From NCBI GenBank assembly GCA_028534125.1, contig CM052817.1, positions 33,544,001 through 33,608,000 on the forward strand: DNA of 64,000 nucleotides. Reading direction: 5' to 3'. The translations under genes and the position numbers were made by a program. Shown piece by piece: positions 13,501-26,531 of this stretch. The DNA is from Lama glama. Taxonomy: Eukaryota. The notes under the pieces were generated by a model. The model ran no database searches. It was not told the origin of the DNA and was given only the letters and a program-made list of their open reading frames with translations. Each line of letters starts with the position of its first letter. Within the stretch, counting starts at the first letter, position 1.

Positions 13501-16500
13501 TATTCTGGAAATAATATTTGCATCATCTGCAAATATTTTCTCCCATTCCATAGGTTGTTGTTTTGTTTTGCTTATGGTTTCCTTGCTGTGCAAAAGCTTA
13601 TAAGTTTAATTAGGTACCATTTGTTTATTTTTGCTTTTATTTCTATTGCCTGGGTAGATTGCCCTAGGAGATCATTGCTAAGATTTATGTCAGAAAGTGT
13701 TTTGCCTATGTTTTCTTCTAGGAGGCTTATAGTGTCTTGTTTCATACTTAAGTTTTTAAGCCACTTTGAGTTTATTTTTGTGTTCTCACTACTTCTAATC
13801 AATGTTTCTCTGGAGATTCTAGTCAGTGTGGTAAGGCATGGGAAAGCAACAACAACAAAAAATCCAGATTAGAAAGAAGTAATACCATCCTCATTGCAGA
13901 TGACACGACTGTCTATAAAAAATTTCAATATTCCACAAAAAAAGTTAACAGAAATAATAGATGAGTTTAGCAGAGCTATACCCTAGCATGGAAAAATAAA
14001 TAATTGAAATTTTAAAAATATATACCATTTAAAATAGCATAAAAATACTTATGGATAAATCTAACAAAAGATATATAAGACACGTACACTAAAAACTACA
14101 AAACACTGCTCAGAAAAAAACTTTAAAGATATAAGTAAACAGAGAGATATCATTTCCTGGGTCAGAAGATTAAATATTTTTAAGATGCCAATTTCCCCAA
14201 ACTGATCCATAGATTCAATGCAATCTAAACTAAAGTCTCAAAAGGATTTCTTTTGTAAAAAGTGACAACCTGATTCTAAAATTTATATGGAATACAAATG
14301 ACCTAGAAAAGAAAACTACTTTGAAAAAAGAGTAAAAGGAGAACTAACACTACCCAATTATAAGACATATTATAAAACTTATTACTCAAGACAGTGTGGT
14401 ACTGGTATCAAGACTGACAAAAAGATCAGCAGAAGAGAGCCAAGAAATAGGTGCATATACACACTGACAACTAATTTCCAACAAAGGTACAAAGGCAATT
14501 TAGTAAAGAATAATCTTTCTAACAAATATTATTGGAACACCTGAATAACTATATACAAAAAGAAAAAGAAAAAGAACTTCAATCCCTACACTGTACCATA
14601 TAAAAAGCTTAAATCTAAATGAATCATAGACCTAACTGTATAAACCTATAAAACTGCTAGAAGAAACAAAGGAAGAAAAAAAAATCTTTGTATCCAGGCT
14701 TAGGAAACTAAGGTATAACACTAGGTGTAACACTAATAGCACAGTCTATAAAAGGACAAATGGATAAACTGGATTAATGAAAATTAAAAACATCTTCTCT
14801 TGAAAAGATGTTAGGGGATGAAAAGACAAACTATTGTTGGGAGAAATCTTTTCAAAGCATACACTTATTTCCAGAATATATAAAGAATTCTCAAAACTAA
14901 ACTATAAGAAAACAACTCAGTTAAAAAACAGGCAAAAAGTTGAAACAGCCCACTTTATCAAAGAAAATATACGAATGGCAAATACACATGAGAAAATGCT
15001 CACATCATTAATTATTAGGGAAATGAAAAATAAAGCCATAATCATAACATTACATACACATTAGAATGACTAAAATTAAAAAGGCAAACCAGACTAAATG
15101 CTGAAAAGGATGCAGCAAAATAGACTATCACACACTGCTGGTGGGCATCTTGCAGTAAAATAATAGCACCACTTCAGCAGTATCTCAGTTTCTTAAAAAA
15201 CTAAACATTTACATATCCAAATGATCACGCCACTCCGTTCTTGGGAATTTTTACTCAACAGAAAAGAAACTATATGTCTATCAAAAGACTTAAACAAGAA
15301 TATTCACAGCAGCTTTATTTATATAGATTAAAACTGGAAACAATATAAAAGTCCATCAATAGGTGAATGGATAAACAAATGTGATATATCCATATGAGAA
15401 CATTATACACATTAAAAGGAAATTAATTATTGATCACTACTGATACAATGACATGGATAAATCTCACAATAATTATGAGTAAAAGACAAAAACAAACAAA
15501 ACTATATGGTTCCATTTATATAAGACTCTAAAAAATATAACCGAATCCATAGTGCCAAAATGCACATCAGCAATTGCCTGGAAGGGGTAGAAAGATTACA
15601 GAGACACAGGGAGTTTTGAGGGGTGATGAATGCATTCACTATCTTAATGTATACATGTCTATATGTGTTATGTGTAACAAAATTCATCAAGTGATTAACA
15701 CTTTAAGTATGTGCGGTTTATTGCATGTCAGTTACATCTCAAACTGCTAAAACCTAAATAAAAATTTTAAAGAGACCACTAACAAGATATACTATATTCA
15801 AGGCCATAAAATAAAACAACACATTTTTCAAAAAAGAAATCACATGAAGTATGTTCTCTTAGACAACAGACTTAAACTAGAAATCAGTAACAGAAAGGTG
15901 TCTGGGAAATTCCCAAGTATTTAAACAACACATTTCTTTATAACACATAAGTCAAAGAGGAAGTCTCAAGGAAAATTAGAAAATATTTTGAACTGAATAA
16001 AAGTAAAACATAGCATATAAAAATATGTAGGATGCAGGCAAAGCAATGTTCTAGAGGGAAATGTTTAGCTTTATATACTTATATCAGAAAAAAAGAAAGC
16101 TCTCAAATCAATGACCTCTGCTTCTACCTTAAGAAACTAAAAAGAAAAAAAAAAGTAAATCAAATCCAAAGCAAGAAGAAATAATAAAAATAAGAGCAAA
16201 AACAAATGAAATCGAAAATAAAAAAACAGTAGACAAAACCAGGCCTAAAGGAGTCCACTCTCACTTCCACTCCACATTTTACTGGAAATCTTACCTAGTG
16301 AAAAAAAGAGAAAAAGAAACAAATGGTATGCAGATTAGAAACCAAGAAGAAGAAGAAAAAAAAAACAAACAGTAAGGTTATTTATGTAAAAAACCCCACA
16401 GAATCTATACAAACATTCCTGGAATACAACAACATCATAGAGCACAATTTCAGTATACAAAAAATAACTTATTTTTTATGTACTAGCAATGAACAATGGG

Positions 16501-18345
16501 AAATCAAAATTTTAAAAATACCATTAATAGTGCCAAACACACACACAAACACATATAAAGTTAAAAAAAATATGATCTATATGCTACACAAAAAATTATG
16601 AATTACTGGTGAAAAAGAAATCACAGAAGACCGAGATATGCCATATTCATTGTTTGGAAGACATTGTTAAGATGTCAGTTTTCCCCATATTGATCTATAA
16701 TTCCAATCCAATCAAAATCCAAGTTTTTTTTAAGATACTGACAAGCTCATTCTAAAATTTATACAGACAAATGAAAGAAGTTAGAACATCCAAAACAATC
16801 TTGAGAAAGAAGAACCAAATTTGGAAAACTCATCCTACCCGATTTCAAGACTTACTATAAAGTACTACTCTATACACACACACTATATATCTATATATAC
16901 ACATATATAGATGTATATTATTTACAGTACTTTTTAATAGGTACTACATTGCTATAGTATGTACATATACTATAAAGCTATAAAGTACTTACTATAAAGC
17001 TATAAAGTATTATAAACAAGATGACGTGGTATTAAAACCAAAATGGACACACAGAAATCAATAGAACAGAGCGGAGTCCTGAAGTAGATCTACATAAATA
17101 GGCTTGATTGATTTTTTACAATGTACAATGGCAATTTAATGGAAAAGGATAGTCTTTTTATCAAATTGTGCTGGAAAACTTGGAGTTGTATGCAAAAAAT
17201 GAACTTTGACCTATATCTCACACACTGAGTCACACACTGACTCAAAATGAGTCATAGATTTAAAAGTAAAATGCAGAAGAGATCATCTGGGAAAAATCTT
17301 GTGACTCTAATTTAGGCAAAGAATTCTTAGATATGACACCAAATGCACAATCAATTTTTTAAAAATTGATAAATTGAACTTAATCAAAATCAAACTTTTG
17401 CCCTGCCAAAGATACTAAGAGAATTAAAAGACAAACTATAGACTGGAAAAATATACTGGTAAGTTATATATCTGACAAGGGATTTATATTCAGAACATAT
17501 AAAGAACTCTCAAAATTCGACAGTAAGAAACAACTATTTAAAAATGGGTAAAATATTTGAATAAACACTTAAACAAAGAACATGTATAAATGGCAAATAA
17601 ACACATTAAAAGGTCCTCAATGCCATCAGTCACAAAGGCAATGGAAATTAAAACCACAATAAGATGCCATCATATCTATTAGAATGACTAAAATTTCTAA
17701 AACAAACAAATACCAAGTACCGGCAAGGACACTGAGCAACTATAATTTTTATAAATTGCTGGTAGGAATGCAAAATGATAGAACCATTTGGGAAAACCAT
17801 TTGGAAGTCTCTCATAAAATTAAGCATACACTTACCACAGGACCCAGCAACCCCATTCATAAAAATAGAACTTATGTTTATACAAAAATAAACATGTGAC
17901 AGTTCATAGCAGCTTTATTCAAAATCACCAAAACTGGAAACAACGCAATCCTTCAATCGGCAAATGGATATGTTGTGATACAGCCATACAATGGAATACG
18001 ACTCGGCAATGAAAAAGAATAAACTACTGATACACAAAAGAGATGACTCTAAAAGTGATACTTGAATGAAAGAAGCCAGACTCAAGTGGCTACATATACT
18101 GTGTAATTCCATTTATATAACATTCTAGAAAAAGCAGAACTGTAGGGATAGAGAACAGATGAGTGTGGTTTAAGAGCTGAAGATTGTATGACTGCAAAGG
18201 GACAGACAAAGGAAGTTTTTTGGAATGAAAACTGAAACATATCTTGATTGTGGTGGTAGTTACACAATTGTATGCAACTATCAAAACTCACAGACTTGTA
18301 CATCAAAAAGTATGAATTTTACTGTATATTAAATAATTTTCCAAA
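10590..18345 (+). mobile_element. Stack of old L1 elements (5' piece about 10590-11220; 3' end about 11230-11775; ORF2 to 3'UTR about 11780-15750 and 15770-18345)
   Basis: Continuous A-rich degenerate ORF2 sequence; ORF-track fragments such as 14834-15064 and 16323-16601 resemble ORF2p pieces; several L1 3' UTR ends. Confidence 0.88.
13387..13783 (-). mobile_element. Inverted internal fragment of a younger L1 (ORF2 C-terminal region) nested in an older L1
   Basis: Minus ORF 13572-13802 reads KINSKWLKNLSMKQDTISLLEENIGKTLSDINLS...KINKWYLIKLISFCTARK, clearly L1 ORF2p, in the opposite orientation to its host. Confidence 0.9.
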
Positions 18346-18701
18346 AAGGCTAGGGTAATATTTTTAAAGGAAAAGGCAATCTGGAAATCTAAAAACAATA
18401 AAGGGACAGATAAACAACAAGGTCTCCAGAACAAGACCCATCATAAAAAGGGGCACTCAGCTGGGGATGAATTTCAAAGGCAAGACAAAAACCTAGTTAT
18501 CCAAACTATTGAATAATGTCAGGAAGGTGAAAATGTTAAGCTACATATTGAGTATGCCTTTGGTCATGATTTAAATCTTAAGAGTCTGAGACAATTATAA
18601 CCATACAAGAGGATTCCACATCATAAATGAGGACAAAAAAGAGTTCAGAGGCTGACAATTAGGCAGAGTTTTAGTTTTTATTTATATTAGTACCTCTAAG
18701 T

Positions 18702-19156
18702 CAAAGGTTGTTAACATGGAATACCTAGATAGAGTTCCAGGAGTCCACGAAAGTAGACAGAACAAAAATTCATCTTTAATCTCACTAACCTCTAATTGAA
18801 ATGCAGTATATTCCCTTAGGCTGTGAATGTATGCAACTAAGTGTGGTACATTAAACAGGACCTGTATCTTTATCACTCATAGAAATCACAGATTTTTCCT
18901 ATCACATCTTACTGCCATGGATCCCCTGCTATCTTATTTTGCATACATTAATAAAGAAATATTTATAAATTATATATCTGAGGGGTTTTAATATTTTGAT
19001 AACTATATATATTGGTTTCCTTTAACTCTACATATTGGATTTTATACATTAAAAATACATTAAACTTTTCCAAATACAAATAAAATATTATTCTACGAAA
19101 GGGTTCATAGGCTTCCCCAAAGGGGTCTATGATAAATAAAAAGCAAAAAATCCCTG
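18702..19156. mobile_element. hAT-Charlie non-autonomous DNA transposon (Charlie4-like)
   Basis: Ends caaaggttgttaac... and ...aaaaaatccctg, flanked by 8-bp near-TSD ctctaagt (18694-18701) and ctctaaat (19157-19164). Confidence 0.65.
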
Positions 19157-20931
19157 CTCTAAATTATCCTGCCCCCATCTTACAAAATACCCTTTTTCAG
19201 GGCCTCTAAAATCCTTCATAAATGAAGGGTCACTCTCTCCAATTATTTAATAGTTTACACCAAAGACAGTGAAATGCAGTTTTTCAAGCAGTAATCATAT
19301 TTGTTTAGGCTCACTGGATAGTAGAGTCCATACAAAATTATATTATATATATACACAAAGAAAGACCTTAGACGTAATACTACAAAGATGGATAAAATGT
19401 TCTTTCTGAAATTACACACTGGAATAACCTAAAAAAGTCAATCCACCTTATGTCTCAAAAAAAAAAAAGGAATTTAAAGCATCTGAAAAATGATCTTGTT
19501 ACTAAGAATATGTAGAGAAGGATAGGAAGTTTACTTTTGTTTTCTAAATCCTACACTGTGTACACATTGCAATATCTTGTCTACTCATTTAAAAAGTTTA
19601 AAATAAAAAAGGATCTCAAAACCTCAAAAAGCAACAATAACTAGATCGTAAAGGTTTCTAAAGTAATAAAGCTCTCTGATACGCTGGCTTAAGTAATAGC
19701 AAATTGCCAACCAAATAAGTTATAGCAGTCATGTAAACAACAGAAATGGCCAAACAGTAGGAGGGAGTGAGGAGATCTAAACTACAACAGCTATAAATTC
19801 AACTGTAGATGCAGAGACAACCAGACTTAAAAAAAAAGAAAGAAAACTATAAAAGGAAGATGATCTGGTGAGAACCATGAGGGAAAAAAAAAGAAACATT
19901 CTTAGAGCAAAGTAAATATTACAATAAATATTACAAAAGTAATTCTATTACAAAGGCAATATCTACTTCCTATCAATAAAATGTACTAGTTAAAATTTTT
20001 TTCAGTAGAAATATATATCTTATTTTATAGCAACAACAAAGGACAAACAGAATTTGCTGTTCAATATTTCTTATTTGATGACAAAATAAAATGTATCCAC
20101 ATAAAACTATTCATTCACTTTCAATTTAACAATATTTCATTTTTATACATAAAATTACCATAATTTTAAAAAACTTTTTAACACAAATATAACATTCAAT
20201 CTATACTAGTTTGCCGTATCTATCCATATCTTGAAAAATTGTTCCTATAAGCAGTCAAAATTATGACTCTTTAGATCATTTTTTCTGTATAGGATCATTA
20301 TATAATCACCATGGGAAACTTATAAAATACAAAAACTTTTCTTTAAATAAAAAAAAAACAGAATTCCCCATAATCTCACCAACTAAAAATAAGCATTATT
20401 ACCATTTGATTTCTTCTACTGGTACTCTTATTACATCAGTAATAATGCTATTAATCAATATTTATTAGACACTTGCTTTGAGCTCTTTAGCTAAAAGCTT
20501 TACAAATACTATTTCATTTTATCCTTACAACAATCCTATTCAAATAAGGAGGTAAATACTGCCATTTTACAGATATGTCAACGAAGAGTTTAAAGAGGTT
20601 AGGAAACATGCCTAGGGTCACAGAGGTAAGTGGTTAGACCTGAACCCAACATTCTAAATCACTATACCATACCACCATCAATGTACATATAGAGAATGCT
20701 GTATTCTACTCTAACATAATATCCTTTGTCATAAAAATTATAAATATAATTTTAGATGGCTATTTAATATAATAGCATGTGACATAATTTACTTATTCAC
20801 TCCTCTACTAGATCAAATTATTTTTGCAAAGTATTTAGGATAGTGTGAGTCATTTAATATGAAAATAAAAACTAGATAAACCCAAGATTTGGCTTGTCTA
20901 CTTCTAAATTTAAATTAAAATATATAATTCA

Positions 20932-21093
<162 letters not shown>

Positions 21094-21237
21094 CTAAAGA
21101 AAAATTTTAAGAAATAACAACACTGCAATATTAATGTCAATAAACATATCTCATTAGCATAAATTTTTTTTCTAATTTGTTAGGAAAAGATTTTAGTTTT
21201 GAGGCATATAAACAATACCTAAATAATTGACACTCAC

Positions 21238-21292
21238 TTTTCCAGTTAATGAAGAAGGAAATTCTGATTCAAATTTGTTGCTCAGTCCAAAT
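21238..21292 (-). CDS. CHIC2: CHIC2 coding exon 2
   Basis: AG acceptor at 21294-21293. The 55-nt exon reads (V)FGLSNKFESEFPSSLTGK and ends at a GTGAGT donor. Phase fits exon 1 (119+55=174 nt). Confidence 0.97.
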
Positions 21293-22029
21293 CTATTTTT
21301 TAAAAAAGAAGAAAAATAGGTTATTACATGTCATTTTTGCCAAAATATACCACTTAACTTAATCAAAGGATAAATAAATAGAGTGCAGCTTCCTATACAG
21401 AATATGGAAGTTTGAGACACAAACATTGTAATCAGCAATTTATGAAATATAGTAAGCAATTTTAGCAGCTGAATCAAAACTGTTATAGGAGGCTGAGAAT
21501 ACAGAAAGAAATTACTTCTTTGGTGCTGTTTGTGAGCCAAATATTAATGTAATGGAAAAACAACACATCTGTCAAATTTTGTCAAAATTACCAAGCTTCT
21601 GCCAATTTAGTAATATAAAGCCAAAATCTCTGCTATTGATCATTCTTTAGGTCAAGAGCATTTGTTAACATTCAGTAATGTGGTAACATGTAGATCAGCA
21701 TATCTACACTGCTATCACAGCTAGAGAATGCTAAAAAACACCTGGAACAATGTGATAGCTGGCCTGGCTACTTAAACTTTCAAATACCAAGACATTTGCT
21801 ATACATAGCCCCAAAGAAATGGAACTAAGGTAGTACATTTTAGCATTTTTAACCTTTTAAATGTCTGCAAAGATCATGAGAATTGACTGGGCACTTGACT
21901 ACTTCTCGGCATAAGTTATTAGGAGGGAATAAAACATTCATATACACCCATTGGTAATACCAGATCGCACCCTGGAAATAAAACTGAAATGCTTTTATAT
22001 GATGACTTTTATTCGATCCTAGAGCCAAA

Positions 22030-22235
22030 ATTTCTTTTCCAGTTTTATTGAGATATGCTTGATATTTAACTTTGTATTAATTTAAGGTGTACAACATAGT
22101 GATTTGATACATGCATATATCCTGAAATGATTACCACAAGTTCAGTTAACATCCATCACCTCATACAGTTACAAATTTTTTTTCCTGTAAAGAAAACAAG
22201 AGTCTCTCTCTAAGCAACCCTTAAATACACAATAC
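22030..22235 (-). mobile_element. L1MA-type 3' end
   Basis: ttttattgagatatgcttga...tttaaggtgtacaacatagtgatttgatac...ttaacatccatcacctcatacagttac. Confidence 0.75.
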
Positions 22236-22304
22236 TGCACCTTAGGTAGCTGGCACTGGTAACGGGGATCCCCTGAGATACTGTGCATGAAACAGTTGGC
22301 CAGG

Positions 22305-22645
22305 TCAGCGGTTTCTAACTCAATCATTAGTGAAGTGGGGGGAAATCAAATAAGGTAGGCTGTGTGAAGGCATTAAGAGTGATGGAGCCTGACCAAGTGG
22401 AGGCCATACAGTTTGTGTGTATGTGTGTGTGTGCAGTGTCATGGCCAGATCCAGCCGATTACTGTCACACTAAAATGCAGGTCCACCTTTGACAGATTAT
22501 ATAATTTTTTTTGTTTGTTTCTAAGAGGAGCTGGAAAGCCAGATTTTTATGCAAAATAGAAAAAATACCTTTAAAATAGAAAAAATACCTGTGCAAGTCA
22601 ATCACAACACTTCTGTGAGTCAGGCTGTTGTTTACATCATGATCT
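22305..22645. mobile_element. MER102-like hAT element
   Basis: ggagctggaaagccagatttttatgcaaaa and tgtgcaagtcaatcacaacacttctg resemble recalled MER102 consensus segments. Confidence 0.45.
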
Positions 22646-23811
22646 AGACTTTCCTACAACAAGCAAATGGACCATCTGAGACCATTTTATTATCATCTTA
22701 AAGTACCCTTAAAAATTATTTAATAGCAGCACTGAAATAACATTAATGTCTTTATAAACAATGGATACTATTTATGAAAAAGATGACAATGTAACCACCT
22801 AGATTCAAGCCAAAGTTCTTTTCACACTAAACATAAACTGGCAAGCATTACTGTTTACTATGATTCTGGCATTAATGACATTCTCTTTCTAAGACTGGAA
22901 GACTCTAAGCTAACCCAGTTTTTTTATCTGGGGGCCTCAGAGCAATGTGGTTGCACTTGAAAATGCCCCTACAGATAACTCACCTCCAACCTTCGAGGTC
23001 TTTATATAATTTGAGGTAATTTTGAACGTTCTTATAATATATACCTGGTACAACTTTGCAAAGGGACTGCAACTTTATACTTAAATATAAATGGAATCTT
23101 GAAATTGGCTTGTTTTACTCATATCCCACCTACTTCCATTTCACTGTGACCTCATTCCTAAATCTACAGCCAACATTCAAAAAGTAAGCCATGTTAATCT
23201 GTTAGCCTGCACTCTTATCTTCATCCAACTCAAAACCTCCCTTTCCAGACAGATCCTTCCTCTTCCAAACCCCCTTTAATATTTAACTTTGGAACCCCTA
23301 ATCTATTGGTCTGCTACCTAAATATCTATTTGTATCTTCTCTTAAAAATTTTTTTTTCTTTCCTTTAACCAAAAATCCTGTTGAAACGACACTCTTTCCT
23401 TAGAAGTCCTCAATCATAGCTCATTCCATGGAGTCTATCTTCAGACTCCCATCTTCCAACTTCTCACAGCACTTGACTACATTCTCTCTTGTATAGTCCT
23501 TGTCAGATCTTACTATAATTATGTCATAAGCCTGACTCCCTATCCTGATAAACAATGAGTTGTTTATCGGTAGGCATGGTATCTTAATTATCTTGATACT
23601 CTAAATGTGTGGCCCAATGCCTGATAAATACTCAATAAATACTTGATAAATAAGTTAATTTCCAATCGAGAAGAAATGTGTACATTCCACTAATGCCTCA
23701 TTGCAAACTTCCACACCACTGTTCTCTTTTCCTCTGACGAACAGGATTTCTATTTATACCACACTGTTCCAAGCCCCAACCCTCATTTTCAGCCTTCCAG
23801 GTCACTCACTT

Positions 23812-24357
23812 TGTGTTGGGGGTCCTCAAGACCACCCTCAGGTTTGATAATTCACTAAGAAGGACTAATAGGACTCATCATATAATTATACTTACAGTTA
23901 GCTTTACTACAGCAAAAGAATACAAAGCAAAAATCAACAAAGGAAAAGGCATATCAATCAAAGTCCAGAGGAAACCAGGAGCAAGCTTGCAAGAGTCTCT
24001 TCTCCATGAAGACACAAGGGATGTGCTTAATTCCATCAGCAATGTAGTTTTGACAACATGTATATAAGAAAGTTCATTAGACAGTCAGTGCCCAAAGTTC
24101 TTACCAAGGGCTCATCATGTAGGCCTCCTCTACTTAGCATGTACCCAATCTCCAGACTCTCAGAAGGAAAACAGGTATTCAGTATAAACTACATTGTTTG
24201 TACAGTTAAGGCACAGGGAGCCATTCTAATCAATTCTGGGATACTGGGAACTCTCCCAAATTTCAAGTTCCCAGACACCAGCCAAGAGCCAACACTGCAA
24301 GCAAGGCTTTCCACAGACAGCAGTCTCAAGCCTGCTATGTTAACTCTTTTATGCACA
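23812..24357. mobile_element. Solo LTR, MER21-like
   Basis: TG...CA ends: tgtgttgggggtcctcaagaccaccctcaggtttgataattcac...cctgctatgttaactcttttatgcaca. Confidence 0.75.
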
Positions 24358-26433
24358 CCTCCACCCTCTCTAAGGACACAGACATTCATGTCACAGGTTT
24401 TTTCTCTCTACAAGAACTCTTGACTTCATCCTAATTAATTCAATATTCAGCACCAGAACCTAACTAGTTAACCTGACTTAATCTATTCTGAGGAATTTCA
24501 CTTCTACACAATTCACTATGAAGCAGTCTGAATATTGTCATCACTTGGAACTGTATCATCTCTGAAATCCTTAACTGTAATAAAATTCTCCTCTTACTAC
24601 TACCATCAATCATTTCATTTCTCCTACTCTTAACAAATTTGTTTTGTTTTTGTCTGTGGTTGTAACCTACTCCTTACCACTCCTCTTTGCTTTTTCACTC
24701 CATATCTGCTCCATATGACTCTACTTCCTTCCTTTTCTGCCAGAACTACAGAGTCAATCATTTAACCATATTCTAACAAAACTCTTTATTCTCTGCATCT
24801 CTAGACTATCTCTCGTCAATCCAGTTCAATTGAAATGTTTACTTTCTTCACTTTAATCTCCACCACCTGGAGCTACAAGAGAACAATCTAGAAAAAATCA
24901 AATTATTTCTAACTTCAGATAAATTAATGTTACAGTAATCTTTATTCTTTCCCAATCAGCTCCCTTTTCTACACTTCACTGTTGCTCCTCTATGAGCTCA
25001 GCCTTATCCTTACAATATACTTTTTTTGCAGATAACCATAGTCCTTAACTCCAACCAGAAGAAAAAAAGAGACCAATGAACATAACTTGCTATGCCTTCT
25101 CTCCATTTCATTTTTAGATTTACCTATGTCTTTAGTATCTTTACTATCTTTCTCAATGCAGACAAACTACCATTTGCTCCTGGTTGCATCTTCTTTAATC
25201 TCCTCTACAATCCACTTATTTCTTGTTCCTTACACACAGCCTACCAACCTGCATAAGTCTACCAGCCTGAGAATCTGAATGCCTATTTTTTTCTCCCTCA
25301 ATGTATGATGGCATCCATCTCTTTTCCTTCCTCATCCAGTGTCTTGAAAGAGTCCTCTACATTCACTTTTTATCTCACCTCCCATTCATTATTCAAACTA
25401 CCATAATCCATGATTTAATCCACATTCTTTACTGATGAGACTGCTTTCAACAGAGTAGTTGAAAATAATTCTTTTTTAACAAATCCTACTTCATACAGCA
25501 TGCTTTCTACTAGCAAAGAGCTTGGGTACCAGAGTGGAGAATGTTCAAACCTAATATACCAGACTTCCTTTGCTATGTCTTCACCTCTGCCAAAGCCTTT
25601 TTTTTTTTTTTAATGTATTCTAGGCAAACCAAAGCAACACTGTCAAAGTTTTAGTAAGACCATCTTTTTTTATGAAATAGATAAGAAAAGCTACACTTTA
25701 TGTCCATTAATATAACTATAAAATATCATCTTTAATGGTTTTGATGTGACATAAGTTTATTTAGATACTACTTTAGTTCCAGTTCAGGGGAGGTGGTTTT
25801 GTTTTTTTAAGTTTGGCAGGAGGTAGGGTTTGTTAACAATAAAAATGAGATACATATTTCAGTTTAAATTGATAGCCATCATAAATTACTCCTTTTATCC
25901 ATTATGCTCCTTCAAGTTAAAGGTTTTTAAATAAAAAATAATTTACTTTTTTCTAAGTACAATTGGCCCTGGACAGTATTGAAAATACCAACTTTCTTAA
26001 AATAGTAACTTGATATGTTTGAAAGAAGAGCAATGGGTAGGAAGCTGAACTCTCTTCAAACCTAATAACCTAACATTCTATTAATCCAAAAAGCTAAAAG
26101 TAGCACTTATTAATTTTAAAAGATATAATTAAAGGTGAGTGGCATCTTTGGTTATCTACAAAAACTAATAAATGAAATAAAACCAAAACAATGTATGCTG
26201 GCAAGAAAGTATTAAGATGGAAAATAATCATGTACTTAAGTGGAACTATAAATTATTACAACCATTCTAGAAATCAATTTGGCACTAAAAATATTTATAC
26301 CTCAACACAGTAATTTCTCCTTTAGAGATCTTACCTAAAAAAAATCCGAAATATGGATAAAATATATGCATAAAAAAGTTCCTTGAATCTTTATTCACAA
26401 CAGAGAAAAATAAACAAAATAAAATTATGGGAA

Positions 26434-26531
26434 AGGGATGGGGGTATAGCTTAGTGGTAGAGCACCCTGGCATACATGAGGTCCTGGGTTCAATCCTCCG
26501 TTAAGGAAAAAATTTTTTTTAATTTAAAAGT
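26434..26531 (+). mobile_element. tRNA-derived SINE (camelid Vic-1-like)
   Basis: A box (tagcttagtgg), B box (ggttcaatcc), A/T-rich tail, and a 17-bp TSD aaataaaattatgggaa at 26417-26433 and 26532-26548. Confidence 0.85.

Noticed and set aside
26434..26531. Possible tRNA genes (also 46863-46987 and 54046-54175)
   Set aside because: They have A and B boxes but degenerate stems, A-rich tails and TSDs, so they are SINEs.
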